Shown here: positions 1 through 12,754 of the stretch, piece by piece
How the letters are laid out: every line of letters begins with the position of its first letter
How positions within the stretch are numbered: the first letter of the stretch is position 1
Assembly (NCBI RefSeq): GCF_030684315.1
Contig: NC_081354.1
Coordinates: forward strand, 133,153,314 to 133,217,313
Direction: 5' to 3'
DNA from: Stegostoma tigrinum
Lineage: Eukaryota
Length of the DNA: 64,000 bases
The notes under the pieces: model-generated
What the model saw: the letters and a program-made list of their open reading frames with translations, nothing else
Databases searched by the model: none
What the model was told of the DNA's origin: nothing
Made by a program: the position numbers and the translations under genes

Positions 1-600
1 TCACTGCTCACAATGTGGTCTCTTCTACATTGGGGAAATGAAGGTAGGCTTTGCAGAACATCTGTATTCTGCTTGCAAAAAAGACCCTCAATTGCCTGTT
101 GCCTGCCACTTCAATGCAACGCCTTGCTCCCTGGCCAACATCTCTGCTCTGGCTTGCAACAGTGTTCCAGTGAAGCCCAGTGCAAGCTGGAGGAGCAACA
201 CCTCGTTTTCTGCTTGGGGACCCTTCAGCCCTCCAGACTCAATATTGCGTTCAATAATTTTAGGGCCTCCACCCCACACACCAGGCCTTGTTACCACATA
301 GCCTGCCACTACACACCCGCTGTTGTTAGTCACTAACAGCCCCCATTAACAACTGCTCACCTTCCCAGCCTGATTGTTAGCAACTCCTTTGTCTGTCCAA
401 CTGTCTTTCTCTCTCTTTGGGCTCTATCTATCGTTTACTCCTTACCCCACCCACCTCCCTAATTTCTGCATATAAACTGACGTTTTCTCAGCTGCCATCA
501 GTTCTGAGGAAGGCTCACCGGATCCAAAATGTTGACTCTGTTTTCTGCTTTACAGATGCTGCCAGACTTGCTATGCCTTTCCAGCAGCTTTGTTTTTGTT
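1..600 (+). mobile_element. Penelope-like element 3' fragment (GIY-YIG endonuclease remnant + 3' tail with degenerate hammerhead)
   Basis: Translates as HCSQCGLFYIGE..GFAEHL..DPQLPVACHFN (frameshifted), homologous to the GIY-YIG ORF at 12981-13478. Tail at 500-540 reads AGTT-CTGAGGA-AGGCTCACCGGATCC-AAAATGTT-GACT. Confidence 0.8.
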
Positions 601-603
601 CGT

Positions 604-1230
604 GAAGAAGGCATTTGGTGCACTTTCCTTTATCGGCCAGTGTAATAAGTGTAGGAGTTGGCATATCGTGTGCATCTGTACAGCACGTTGGTTAGGCCAG
701 TTTTGGAATACTGTGTTCAATTCTGGTCTCCGTGCAATAGGAAGGATGTTGTGAATCCTGAAAAGGTTCAGAAAGGATTTACAAGGATGTTGTCAAGGTT
801 CGCGGGTTTGACCTATAGGGAGAGGCTGAATCGGCTGGGGCTATTTTCCTTGGAGTATTAGAACCTGAGTGTTGACCTTAGAGAGGTTTATAAAATAGGG
901 TGAATAGCCAAGATCTTTTTCCCAGGATAGTCCCAAAACTAGAGGGCATACGTTTAAGGTGAGGGGTCAAGTTTTAGAAGCAACCCAAGGGACAATCTTT
1001 TCCATGCACAGGGTGGTGCATGTATGGGATGAACTGCTGGAGGAAATGGTGGAGGCTGGTACAATTTCAGCATTTAAAAGGCTCCTGAGTGGGTATTTGA
1101 ACAGGAAGTGTTTAGAGGGATATTGGCCAAACGTTGACAAATGGGACAAGACTAATTAGGATATCTGGTCGGCATGGACAAGTTGGACCAAAAAAAATGT
1201 TTCCATGCTGTACGTCTCTATGAATCTAAT
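604..1230 (+). mobile_element. CR1-type LINE 3' fragment
   Basis: ORF2 C-terminal motif LYSTLVRPVLEYCVQFWSP...LNRLGLFSLE, followed by a CR1-like 3' UTR; frameshifted. Confidence 0.85.
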
Positions 1231-2048
1231 TTGCCCTCACCAATAACTCTATTCCAGCTTTGTTTCTGAAACAAGGATGTGTAATGGGAAAAAAAAATCA
1301 TTCTTGTATTTGCTTCAGCTGTATCATGGTATTTGTTCTAATGTGAATAACTAGTGTTTCTTAGGACAGTGCTTTCAAGTAGAATTGTGATATTAGTCAA
1401 ACTTGTGGTGATCAGATCACCATTTTCACCACATAGAAAATATTTGCAATAGTAATAAAACAAATGCACAGTCTTTTGAAATTTAGGTTTAAGGTTTTCA
1501 ACTGTCAGCAAGACCAATACACAGCCAAAGTTAAGAGAACAGCTTTGAAATAACTTTACTGTCCAGTTAGAGTCACAGTCGTACAGTATGGAAACTGACC
1601 CTTGGCCAAATTTGTCCATGTTAACCAAGTTTCCTATCCGAACTTGTACCATTGGTCTGCGTTTGGCCCATATCCCTCACAACCTTTCCTATACAGAGAC
1701 CTATCCATGTTATTCAGCAAAACAGGTCTTTTCTACACACTGAAAGAATGAGAATCTGTTAACTGAAATTTTCAGTTACTGACTGCATATTTCAGTTGAA
1801 AAATAATGAACTGTCTGTATTTTATCAAAATTGGTTTATTAGACTTGGTGGGAGAAGAACAAACAGATCTCTATCTGTTGATTTTTTTTTAAGCTTTGAT
1901 ATACTTATTGTCACTTGCCATTCCCAAACACTGGGTCTGATTTATTAAATAAACCTTTAGTTCATTGCTGCCGCCCTCCTGGTCGTGCTGATTTGTATCA
2001 GTAAGCATCCTTGTCCTTTCACTTGTTCCATAAAACAGATACGCTGAG

Positions 2049-2141
2049 ATTTAAGGGTCTAGGTTTGAAACGTCAGCCTTGTTGCTCCTCTGATGCTGCT
2101 TGGCCTGCTGTGTTCATCCAGCTCTACAGCTTGTTATCTTG
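2049..2141 (+). mobile_element. Short PLE-tail insertion with TSD
   Basis: AAGGGTCTAGGTTTGAAACGTCAGCC...GATGCTGCTTGGCCTGCTGTGTTCATCCAGC is the same tail as at 12755-12850. Flanks are GATACGCTGAG (2038-2048) and GATACACTGAG (2142-2152). Confidence 0.75.
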
Positions 2142-4765
2142 GATACACTGAGTTGATGGCTGAAAGTCTTTGGCAGTGTTTGCACTTTACCAGCCTCCCA
2201 AAATTGTGCATTTCAAATCTCATTGATCACTGTACAGCACTGCTCATTGCTCGGTACCTGAACTGTTTTGGGTAAACCTCCAATTATCTGCTGAACAAAG
2301 TTGAGTTGTTTATTTGTCATCTCCATGTCTCGAGATGGTCTCAAAGTTTGCTTGGGGGCATGAGACCTCTGTCCTTCTAAAGGCCACCATGCTTCTATAA
2401 TGAAGTGCTGCAGATCTAAATGAATCACTAATTGCAGATGCTACTGTAAATTATCAATTTACATATGAATGTAGTAACCCCAACATGCTTCTTCCCATTA
2501 TGGTTTGCTTAACTATACTTGAGAGTTTCAATTTCCAACTGCAAGACATTAATATACTTTGTAATTTGGTGTTCTTTATCTGTGCATTTTGATTTTTGCC
2601 TTATTTGCATTTCCCTTTTTCCACTTGCTGTTTGGCCATTTCATCTTCCCCAACTGATGTTGTGCATCATGACCTTTGCAACAAATAACACTCCTATTTC
2701 CATGTATTTTTCACTTTGTTTGACTAGCATGTATAGATTCGTTATGCAACTAGAACAGCAGTTCTTTTGTCACTAACATAAGGAAAAGGTGTTGCACAAA
2801 ATATCTATTTTGTTAAATGATAGAAGATCCCTTAAATTATTTGGAAACATTTAAATATTTTCTAGATTTGCTTCAAGTTCTCTTTCAGTGACACTGCGTT
2901 TGAATGAAAAGCTGCTAGAGAAAGCATAGTGTGAAATGTTTTTATCCTTCTGAGTGATACTGGCAATTATACACAACTGTCTCTCTTACTCCCAAATACA
3001 TAAAATATTTTACGTGAAGTCCTGAATTTATTGTAAAAGTGTCAAATATTTCAAATTTTTTTCAATGAACCTGTTAAATATCTAGAAGAAGTAAGTGTTA
3101 CATATAATTAAACTCATTATCTTCCAAGTTATTATTGAAAGAATGTTCACTAAATTTTTTTGAAAGCTGTTGAGAAATTGTGCTGAAGCTATGATGTTTA
3201 GATGAAAACAAATTTAGATTATAAAGTAAGTTCGCATGTTTGAAGTTTTTTGATCTGGATTTGCAATATTGACATCTGGTCACATGATTTGCCTGACATG
3301 CTTGTCTGTATGCCCTTTCACATGAATATCAAATTTTATTTTCTTAAAAATTATAACTGAAGCGATGAGACTTTTTCTGCAGGTTGGAAATGTATGAAGC
3401 AGGAATGCCAATTCTCAATCACTCTATGGATGAGTGGCTTCAGTCATGGGGTTAGATTTGGGAAATCAAGGTTGTCTTCCTTAGAAGAATGAGGAGAAAT
3501 TTGACAGAGGTGTTCAATGTCCTGAGGGATCAGGACAGAGAACATGGGGAGAAATTTCTACATTTGTGAAAAGGTTAAAAACAAAGGACATCAATTTATA
3601 GTGAAGAACTGAAGACAACCAGTTAGGTCATGGAATGGACTGCTTGACACCATGGTTATAGAACAAACAGGACAATTCTCTGAGGAGGAAAATATTGTAG
3701 GGCTACAGTGAGAGGTGGAGAGTAGAACTGGCTGAGTTGCTTTTGCAGAGAGCTGGCAGGCCAAATGGCTGGCTTTGGTTTTTTTTTCTGTTCTATGAAG
3801 TTTGAAAAAATAATTATTCAGAACTGCAAGTCACCAGCTGATACAAATAATGCATCAATTATGCCACACACAGTTTGAAAATCATTTGACCCATTTCTTG
3901 AATTATTTACTGAAGACTCCTGACTTAACAAGATTTGTAACAACTTTCAAACAATTAAAAACACCATTTTGCATCAGTAGCATTGTTTCTGCATTTGAAC
4001 TGCCTTTAATATTTACAGTTGGAATTTTATGCTTGCCAGAGAGACCCAAGACACAGTTAATGGAGGTGTTATCTATTAAATTGATTCTTTTCAACTATCA
4101 GCTATTAAATTTATCATGAAATCACAACACAATCATGTGTTTGATCCAGTCAGTCTTTAGGGTGGTTATCCTCCATGTAAGCCACACTTTTTGTTTAGAG
4201 CTCAGACAAGGTACATTTTTATGCTTGATAGTGAAATTGATTGTTCATCTTGTGGGATTTGCCGTTTGTCATTTGGGCAGTTCTTGCATGTCGTTCAAAA
4301 CAATTATAGAAACTAGTGTTTAAAATGATGTTGCAAAAAGTTGTACTGCACCTCTTGCTATAAAAGGTCAGCTTCTAGAGTATTCCAGTTTGTAAGATTA
4401 AACCAAAATCCAAAATTTGTTTCATGAAAGCATTCTGCTAGATATGCTATGCTGCAAACAAGTTGATTTGACAAATCAAAGCAAAGTGTCAATTTCATAT
4501 GTCAGCCTCCGTTATCACTAGACACACATTAAGTAGGTAAGCCTTGAAGAATGGATTTTCCCAATTCTTCTGTTTTTTTTAAAAGAAGCAAAGTCTAAAA
4601 CAACTTTACAGGCACTGTTTTTAAAGAAATTTTTGTGGGGGTGAGAGTTCTTGCAAAATTCTGCAAAACCTTGCTTTCCATTTTGACCTTGCAGCACAAT
4701 TCAAGTGCAACAGGATCACCTTTTATTCACCTTGAACAATGCATAGATATCTGGTAAGTTGTTAA

Positions 4766-4993
<228 letters not shown>

Positions 4994-5339
4994 TAAACGT
5001 TTTTTTTTGAAAAGAACAAATTCGACCAGAAATAAAATTTCTCAACTTGGGAAAATATAATTTTGCAAAGTTGAAATGCCGTTCAGCTGAAGTGAACTGA
5101 AAATAACTACTTGAAGGTGAATCGATGTTCGGTTAATGGGAGGCATGCAAAGAAGAAAGTCAGAGTTCAGTATGGTATGTTCACTTCATTTTTAGAAAAG
5201 GACAGTACCAACAAATCTACCAGTCCCTTGATTCTCTTAGTTATAAAGGAAGTGAAATAATAAGAAGGAAGCTCATTACATATTGAGGAATACTTACTAC
5301 TGAAAACCTGGGAGAAGCATAAAAAGTGAAATTATAAAG

Positions 5340-6900
5340 GAAATTAGAAAAGCAAAGAATGCATATTAGCATATGTTGCTCAAAAAATTGAGAAAGAAAC
5401 AATTTTTCCCCCAATATATAGAAAATATAAAGAAAGCAAGGTGATAACTAAAGCGGATCTTGGGTGCAATCTATGCACAGCAGGTATGCATATAGTTCTA
5501 TTTTGCTTACATAAAAGGAAGGAATAACGTAGACATTTCAGTCAGGACTTGTGTGGAATATCAGGTTAATTTCATGTAGTGAAGCTAAGTATTAAAAGGT
5601 TTAACATCTTCTGGAAGTGAATAAATCCTGTGTGTAGATGAAATGTATCGTTGGCTGTTGAGGAATGCCAGTGGCTCCAAACAACAACATCCAATCTCTG
5701 GCTGCAGGTGTGGTCAAAGTGGTCTGCAGGACTGTTGTCTTAAAAAGAAAGAGTCAGCATAGGTTTGGTTGGAATATTCTTAAAAATATTTGGGACAGGA
5801 TAAACCATCGTGTAGATGAAAACTTTAATCAAAGACAGTCAGCATTGATTTGTTAAGAAAGTGGTGTCTGATTAACATTGTTTTGAAAAGGCAGCAAGAA
5901 AGATAGATGGAAGTAGCGCATTTGAGATTTTATGTAAAATTTAGCCTTGATGACATAGGTCTTGAAAGTAAAAACCAATGCTACCAAAGTGACAAGATGT
6001 AAGTTTACTCCATGGGAAGAAAGTCAAGGGCAATGATCAACAAGCCTGGAAACCTGTTTCCATTGGTGTTCTACTGCACTCAGTACTAGTTCCTTTGGCC
6101 TTTTATGATATATATTAGTAATTTGGGACTTGAATGTAGAGGGTATGGTTTAAGAAATTTGGAGATAGTACTAATGTTGACTGTGGTGAAAGAAGGTGAC
6201 AGATGTAGATTGCAGGAAGGTAGCACTGGAGACTGGTCAGATTATCGGAGCAGTGGAAAATTCAGTCTAAAACATGTAAGGTAATGCACCTGGGGAACGC
6301 TAACAGCGCATTGGGATACCTAATAAATCATGGCATATGTTTTATTCTTCTCAATGTATATCACATGCACAGATCCCTGAAAGTGGATCAGAAGGCATAT
6401 TGGGATGCTTTAGAGGAACAGGAAAGCTGAAATTTTCGTAAGGGTCTCGACCTGAAACGTCAGCTTTCCTGCTGTTCTGATGCTGCCCAGTCTGCTGTGT
6501 TCCTCCAGCTCCACACTGTCATACCTCTGATTCTGGTGTCAGCAGTTCTTACTATCTCATGTGGGATGCTTTGCTTGATTAGCCAAAACACAGAATATGT
6601 GTGCAACAAAGTTATGCTGAATTGAATAAAACTGTAGTTAGAGCACAGCCTGGTATCACATGCCATTCTTGTTACTTGTAATGAAGATTCAGAGGAGATG
6701 TACGATAATGTTGACTAGATCACTTTAATTTTGGGTATATTAAATAGGTTTGAAGGAAGAAAGCCGAAGGGGTGACCTGGGGGTATTGGGCCTTATGGAA
6801 GATTTTCATAAAATGGATTTAAAGATAATGTTTGCTGTGGTATGGAAGAGTACATCTAAAGGCTTTCGCTTATAATACTGTCATCCTGAAATCCCATTAC
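5340..6900 (+). mobile_element. Heavily decayed CR1-type LINE ORF2 remnant
   Basis: Scattered CR1 RT/C-terminal nucleotide motifs (e.g. aagaaatttggagatagtacta, gtaatgcacctggg, agatccctgaaagtg, gaaggcatattgggatgcttt); no open frame. Confidence 0.55.
6412..6558 (+). mobile_element. Short PLE-tail insertion with 5' inversion and TSD
   Basis: Inverted AGGAAAGCTGA...TCAGCTTTCCT, then the PLE tail ending CAGTTCTTACTATCTC. TGGGATGCTTT occurs at both 6401-6411 and 6562-6572. Confidence 0.8.
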
Positions 6901-7127
6901 ATATTCAGGAAAAGGTTCTGGACATAGTGTGTTATGAATGTAGAGCTAACTACCATGGAGAAAAGTGAATAGCTTGGATGGTTTAAGGGAATAGGTGGTG
7001 GTGAAAGGAAGAAGTACAAATGGAGCATAAACTCTGACATGCACTGATTGAACTGAATAGCCTGTATCTTTGCAGTAAACTGTATGTCATCCTGTGTAAG
7101 ATAAAGGTTATTCGCTGTGAAAGATGA

Positions 7128-7337
<210 letters not shown>

Positions 7338-7399
7338 TGACCTTAAGTATCTTTGAAACTTTTAATTTTCTGAGTAATTTGTCTTGCCTGTTGTATTAA

Positions 7400-7702
<303 letters not shown>

Positions 7703-7759
7703 TAGGGTGTTCAGGCTTTTGAATCTGCTCCGTTATTGTCAAGGTGATGACTGGTTATG

Positions 7760-10100
7760 GAAAAATGTTTTTAAAAAATGGGATTTTTGTGGTGGGTGAT
7801 TTTTAATTTCCCCAAGAGCTTGGATTGGGGGAGATATGTTAGGTGTGTCCAAGATGATTTGTTGAAACAATATGTAAATAATTCAACTAGGAGGGTGCCT
7901 TAGGACACCTGGTATTGAAGAATGTGCCTGGCCAGATGATTAAAGTATAAATGACAGAGCATTTCCAGAACAGTAACCATAATTTTGCTTAAGGATAAGA
8001 GTGGTCCTTGGGGAAGGCTAACCACAATATTAGGCAGGAATTGGGGAGTGTAGATTGAAGATGGCAGTATGAGGGTAAAACATCTGGTCTGTTGAAATCT
8101 TTTAAAGGCCACTTGATTTAGAGTTCGAGATCGGCATGTTGCTTGAAAATGAAAGATCAGGATGGGAAAATTCAGGGAACTTGGGATGACAAAAATTGAG
8201 ACCTTAATCAAAAAGAAAATAAACAGGCATTCGTAAGGTTGAGAAGACTGAAGACAGAGCTCTTGAAGAATACAAAGATAGCGGAAAAGAACTCAAACAA
8301 GGAATTAGGGAGACTTAAAGGGGCCATGAAATGTCTTTGGCAAATAGAAGTAGGGAAAATCCCAAGAGGCTTCTTACATACATATATGAGGAGTAAGAAG
8401 GTAGCTAGGGAAAGGGAAGGTCCGCTCAAGGACAATAGGGGCTTTTACACATGAAGCCAAAGGAAGTGGGTCAGGTCTGTAATAAATACTTTGCATCAGT
8501 ATTCATGTAAGAGAAGGGCGTGGTGGATGGTGAGTCTCAGGAGGGATGTCTTGATATTCTAGGGCCCACAAATATAAAAAAGGGAGGATGTATTGGCTGT
8601 TTTGAAAAGCATTAAGGTAGATAAGTTCCCTGGATCTGATGGAATTTGTCTCAGAATGCTGACAGAGGCAAGTGAGGAAATTGCTGATGACTTGTACAAA
8701 ATCTTTGTATTCCCTTCAGTCTCAGAAGAGGCCCCAAAGAACTTGAGAATAGCCAGTGTTGTTCCTTTGCTTAAGAAAAGCAACAGGCATAATTAGAGAA
8801 ATTACAGTCTGGTGAGCCTCACATCAGTGGTAGGGAAGTTAATGAAGAAGGTTCTTCAGAATGGCATTTGCTCACATTGTGGGGGGGTGGGGAAATCAAA
8901 AAGCAGGTGGACTGCAGCAGTTCAAGAAGGCACCTCACCCCCTCAAAGACATCCAGGGATTGGCAATAAGTGCTGCCCAGCCAGCAATGCCCACTTCTCA
9001 CAAATTAATAAAGTAAATACAGTTATCAGCAATAGCTAGCATGTTTATGTGGAGAAGGTTGTATCTCTCAAATGTGATTGTGTCTTTTTGAGCAAGTGAC
9101 AAAGGTGATGGTAGCTGTTGTCTACATGGACTTTATCAAGACCTTTTACATTTATGTCAGGCTGATACTAAAGGTGAAGTAACATGGAATCCATGGTAAG
9201 ATGGATACAGAACTGGCTTAATCATAGAAGATACAGTAATGGTGGAATGGTGTTTTTGACTGGAGGTCTGTGACCAGTGGTGTTCTGTGGTGATCTGTGC
9301 TAGGCCCCTGTTGTTTGTATAATTTATAAATGATTTGGAGGAGAGTATAGGTGGCCTGATTAGTAAGTATGTGGATGACATGCAGATTGGGGAAGCTGTG
9401 GATAGTGAGGAGGATGGCCAGTGGATAGAGCAGGATATAGATAGGTGTAGACACAGGTGGAGAAATGGCAGATGGCGTGTAATCCAGACAGATGTGAGGT
9501 GATGCATGTTGGAAGATCTAATTCTTGAGGGATGCATACACTAAATGTCAGAACCCTTAGTAGAGGGAACTAGGCGTAGAGCTCCACAGTTCTCTGCAAG
9601 TGGCAATACAAGTGGATAAGTTGGTTAAGAAGCCATTTAGCATACTTCATCAGTCAGGGCATAGAGTGCAAAAATTGCCAAGTCATGTTGCAACTGTACT
9701 GTTTAGTTCAACCTGATTTGGAATATTGTGTATGGTTCTGGTTGGCACACTAGCGGAAGGAAGTGGAAGCTATGGAGAGGTACAGAAATGGTTTACAAAA
9801 TTGAGACACATGGATAGTTGGAGTCTTTTCTTTTCCCCCAGTCAAAATGTAGACGTATCCTTTAAGGTAAAAGGGGATACGTTTAAAGGAAATGAGAGGC
9901 AAGTTTTGTTTTTACACAGTGGTTAGTGCCTTGAATGCAGAAGAGGTGGCAGATACAATATGCCCTGTTTGAGGCATTTTGACAGATATGAATACGCAGG
10001 GAATAGGATACAGACTGCGTAGAGGCAAAAGATTTTGAGTTTGGAGAGGCATCATGTGTCAGTCAAAAGGCCTGTTCCTGCCCTGCACTAACCTTTGTCT
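7760..10100 (+). mobile_element. Decayed CR1-type LINE ORF2 (~2.3 kb) interrupted by a short LINE/SINE tail near 8880-9010
   Basis: Fragments GDFNF-like, KVDKFPGSDGIC, ASVVPLLKK, SLTSVVGKLM, YVDD, followed by a CR1 3' UTR; many stops and frameshifts. Confidence 0.8.
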
Positions 10101-10929
10101 TGACTGCAGTATTTTGGCCTCGACCTCTTGTCTCTGGTGGTCGAGACAAAAAGGAGTCCTGGTTAATCAGAAGCCTATCTTAGCTGAACCTTGAATAAAT
10201 TTAATGACCCAACATCCAGTGCTTCCTGGGGAGGAGCATTCCATACATGAACAACCCTCGGATTTAAAAAAAAATTCTTCTTGCTTTGTTTGTGAAACCT
10301 TTTACTCTTCGATTGTATCCCCTACTTGTACTCTCCACCACAAGAGGAAACATCCTCATGGTATTTCTCCCTATCGTTGGTCAGCGTGGGCAACAGTTCT
10401 TATACAAGAATATAAAATATCTTAAGTAATTATTGATAAAGCAAAATTTTTGGTGAGCTGATGTCTAAATTCAGAACGCAAGAAGGTGTTCTAAAATCTC
10501 TTCACTCCTGTGAAAACAAGCCCAGGCTGACCATCTTTCCTCATTAAAAGGTATGGAGATGAATCCATTGATAGGTTTTAATTTAAACTTAGGGATTTTT
10601 TTTCCCTTCATGTTTTAAATGAGAATCAAAGGAAGGTTGGAAGGAAAGAAGTGAATTATTTAATATATTACAGACAATATATATTTTCCATCTGGCTATC
10701 TGATCTTTTGGTATTTCAGCCGAAGACTGCATAGCACAGCAGTGATTATGCATATTTTTCATTGTTAATGTTCTGAAATAGTCAAAAATGCTTTGTTTTA
10801 TTTCAGATTGCTGTAATTATGTAGTAAGACTTAGAAATATCACATAGCTTCAAAATTATTTCAGGGCATGCAAAATTATTCCTTTGTACTCTAAAGGATT
10901 TGCAGGTTTTTTTGTGTCTCTTTTAATTT

Positions 10930-11245
10930 GTTCAAATTGCTGGCTGATCATTTATTGCCCATCTCTAATTGACCAGAGATGGAGTTAAGAGTCAGCCACA
11001 TTTCTGTGGGCCTGGAGTCACATCTAGGCCAGACCAGGTAAGATCACCAAATTTCCTTGCTTAAAGGTGCTTGGGGAGCCAGATAGCTTTTCACAAAATG
11101 GTTATGTGATTGCCATTTGACTCTGGATTTTTATTGAAGTCAGATTTTACCATCTGCAATGGTGAGATTCATACCCATCACCCCAGAACGTCAGCTTGGA
11201 ATCTGGCTTTCTAGTCCGGGGGATGTCCACTATTCCACCACCTCC
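10930..11245 (-). mobile_element. SINE family B (tRNA-like head, 3' tail shared with LINE family B)
   Basis: Reverse complement contains ggactagaaagccaga...tgtgactccaggcccacagaaatgtggctgactcttaac...gggcaataaatga, as in the copies at 26880, 32700 and 51760. Confidence 0.65.
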
Positions 11246-11268
11246 CCTGATGATTAAAGGCTATTTAA

Positions 11269-11442
<174 letters not shown>

Positions 11443-12754
11443 TAGTTCTTCTTTAATTCTCTTTATTTGATGGACATTCTAAAACTGCCTTAAAAGAAAT
11501 TTTCAAAATTTTATACTTTATTTAATGTATTGAGTTCATTATTATTGAAAAGACAGGCTTATTTTCAAAACTGTGTCTGCTTGTCTGTCTCTGTCATGTG
11601 GACAAATGCAAGAATGCCATATTTCCACATGGCGATATGCATTTGAGATTGAAGCAGAAGGTGGCTATTTAGCCCCACCAAGTCTGCTCTGCCGTTCAGT
11701 TAGATCATGGCTGATCTTTTTGTGTTATGAATTTCATATCCACTGACAAAAATCATTGATTCCCTATGGCCAAAAGGAATCTTGTATACCTTTTTCCCCA
11801 TAGAATTATTAAATTATCCTGTGTCCTTCGCCGTCTCAAGCAGAGCTCCAAAATTTTTCAACTATGAAAAGAAATTCCTGTTAATCTGTCCTAAAAGAGC
11901 AACCCTTAATTTTACTGAACTCTCCAGAACTGTAAACATGCTTTTCTCATTTACTTTGTGAAGACCGTTTGGGGTCATCTTACACTTCAAGCAAGCCATC
12001 TTTTTATCTTCTAAACACCAATGAAATCAAGCCTGGACTGACTGTCTTTCCCCAAAACAGTCTCCTCTGACCCCCTGTTTGGAGGGTTGGTGCAGACTTG
12101 ATTGATTGGATGGCCTCTATCTGCACTGTAGGGAGTCTTTTTCAATGAAGTAATCACTGGCGTTCAGTGTTTTTTTTCCCCCTGTTCCTTGCCTTACATT
12201 TGAAGATCTATTACGTTCCGTAGACTTGAATAGAAGTTTCTCGGTGATTCGTTCCTCCCAATTGCAGTACAATTTAGATAATGTTTCCAAAGCTCACTGT
12301 CCTGCGCTGTTTGCTGTGACTCCCACTGGGCTCCAATCCTGAAGAACAGGCAAGGTTGCTTTTGCTTTCCTGCATGATTCATGAAATACTTGAAGTCTCT
12401 TTTAGTAATATGTTGTCTTAGCGAGAAAATTAAATTTATCTATAGTGGATTTACCATTAAATAACAAGCAAAAGCAAATAAACAAATGTGGCTGTTATTG
12501 GGGAATATAATGTCAAGAAATGGAATTATAGATTGATGTACACACCATTTCTCACCATGACACATCATAACTCCTGAGGAGCTATTCATCGATCAGTCAT
12601 TGTCAGTCAGTCTCAAATATTCCCAGATACAATTTGATTTGAACCTCCAATTACTTGAAAGATGTCATCTTCAGAATCCTCCTTTTAGATTTATTCTTAA
12701 ATAGGCACTGTTGGGAAGTCCAACATTCGTTGCACATCCATAATTACCTAAATC

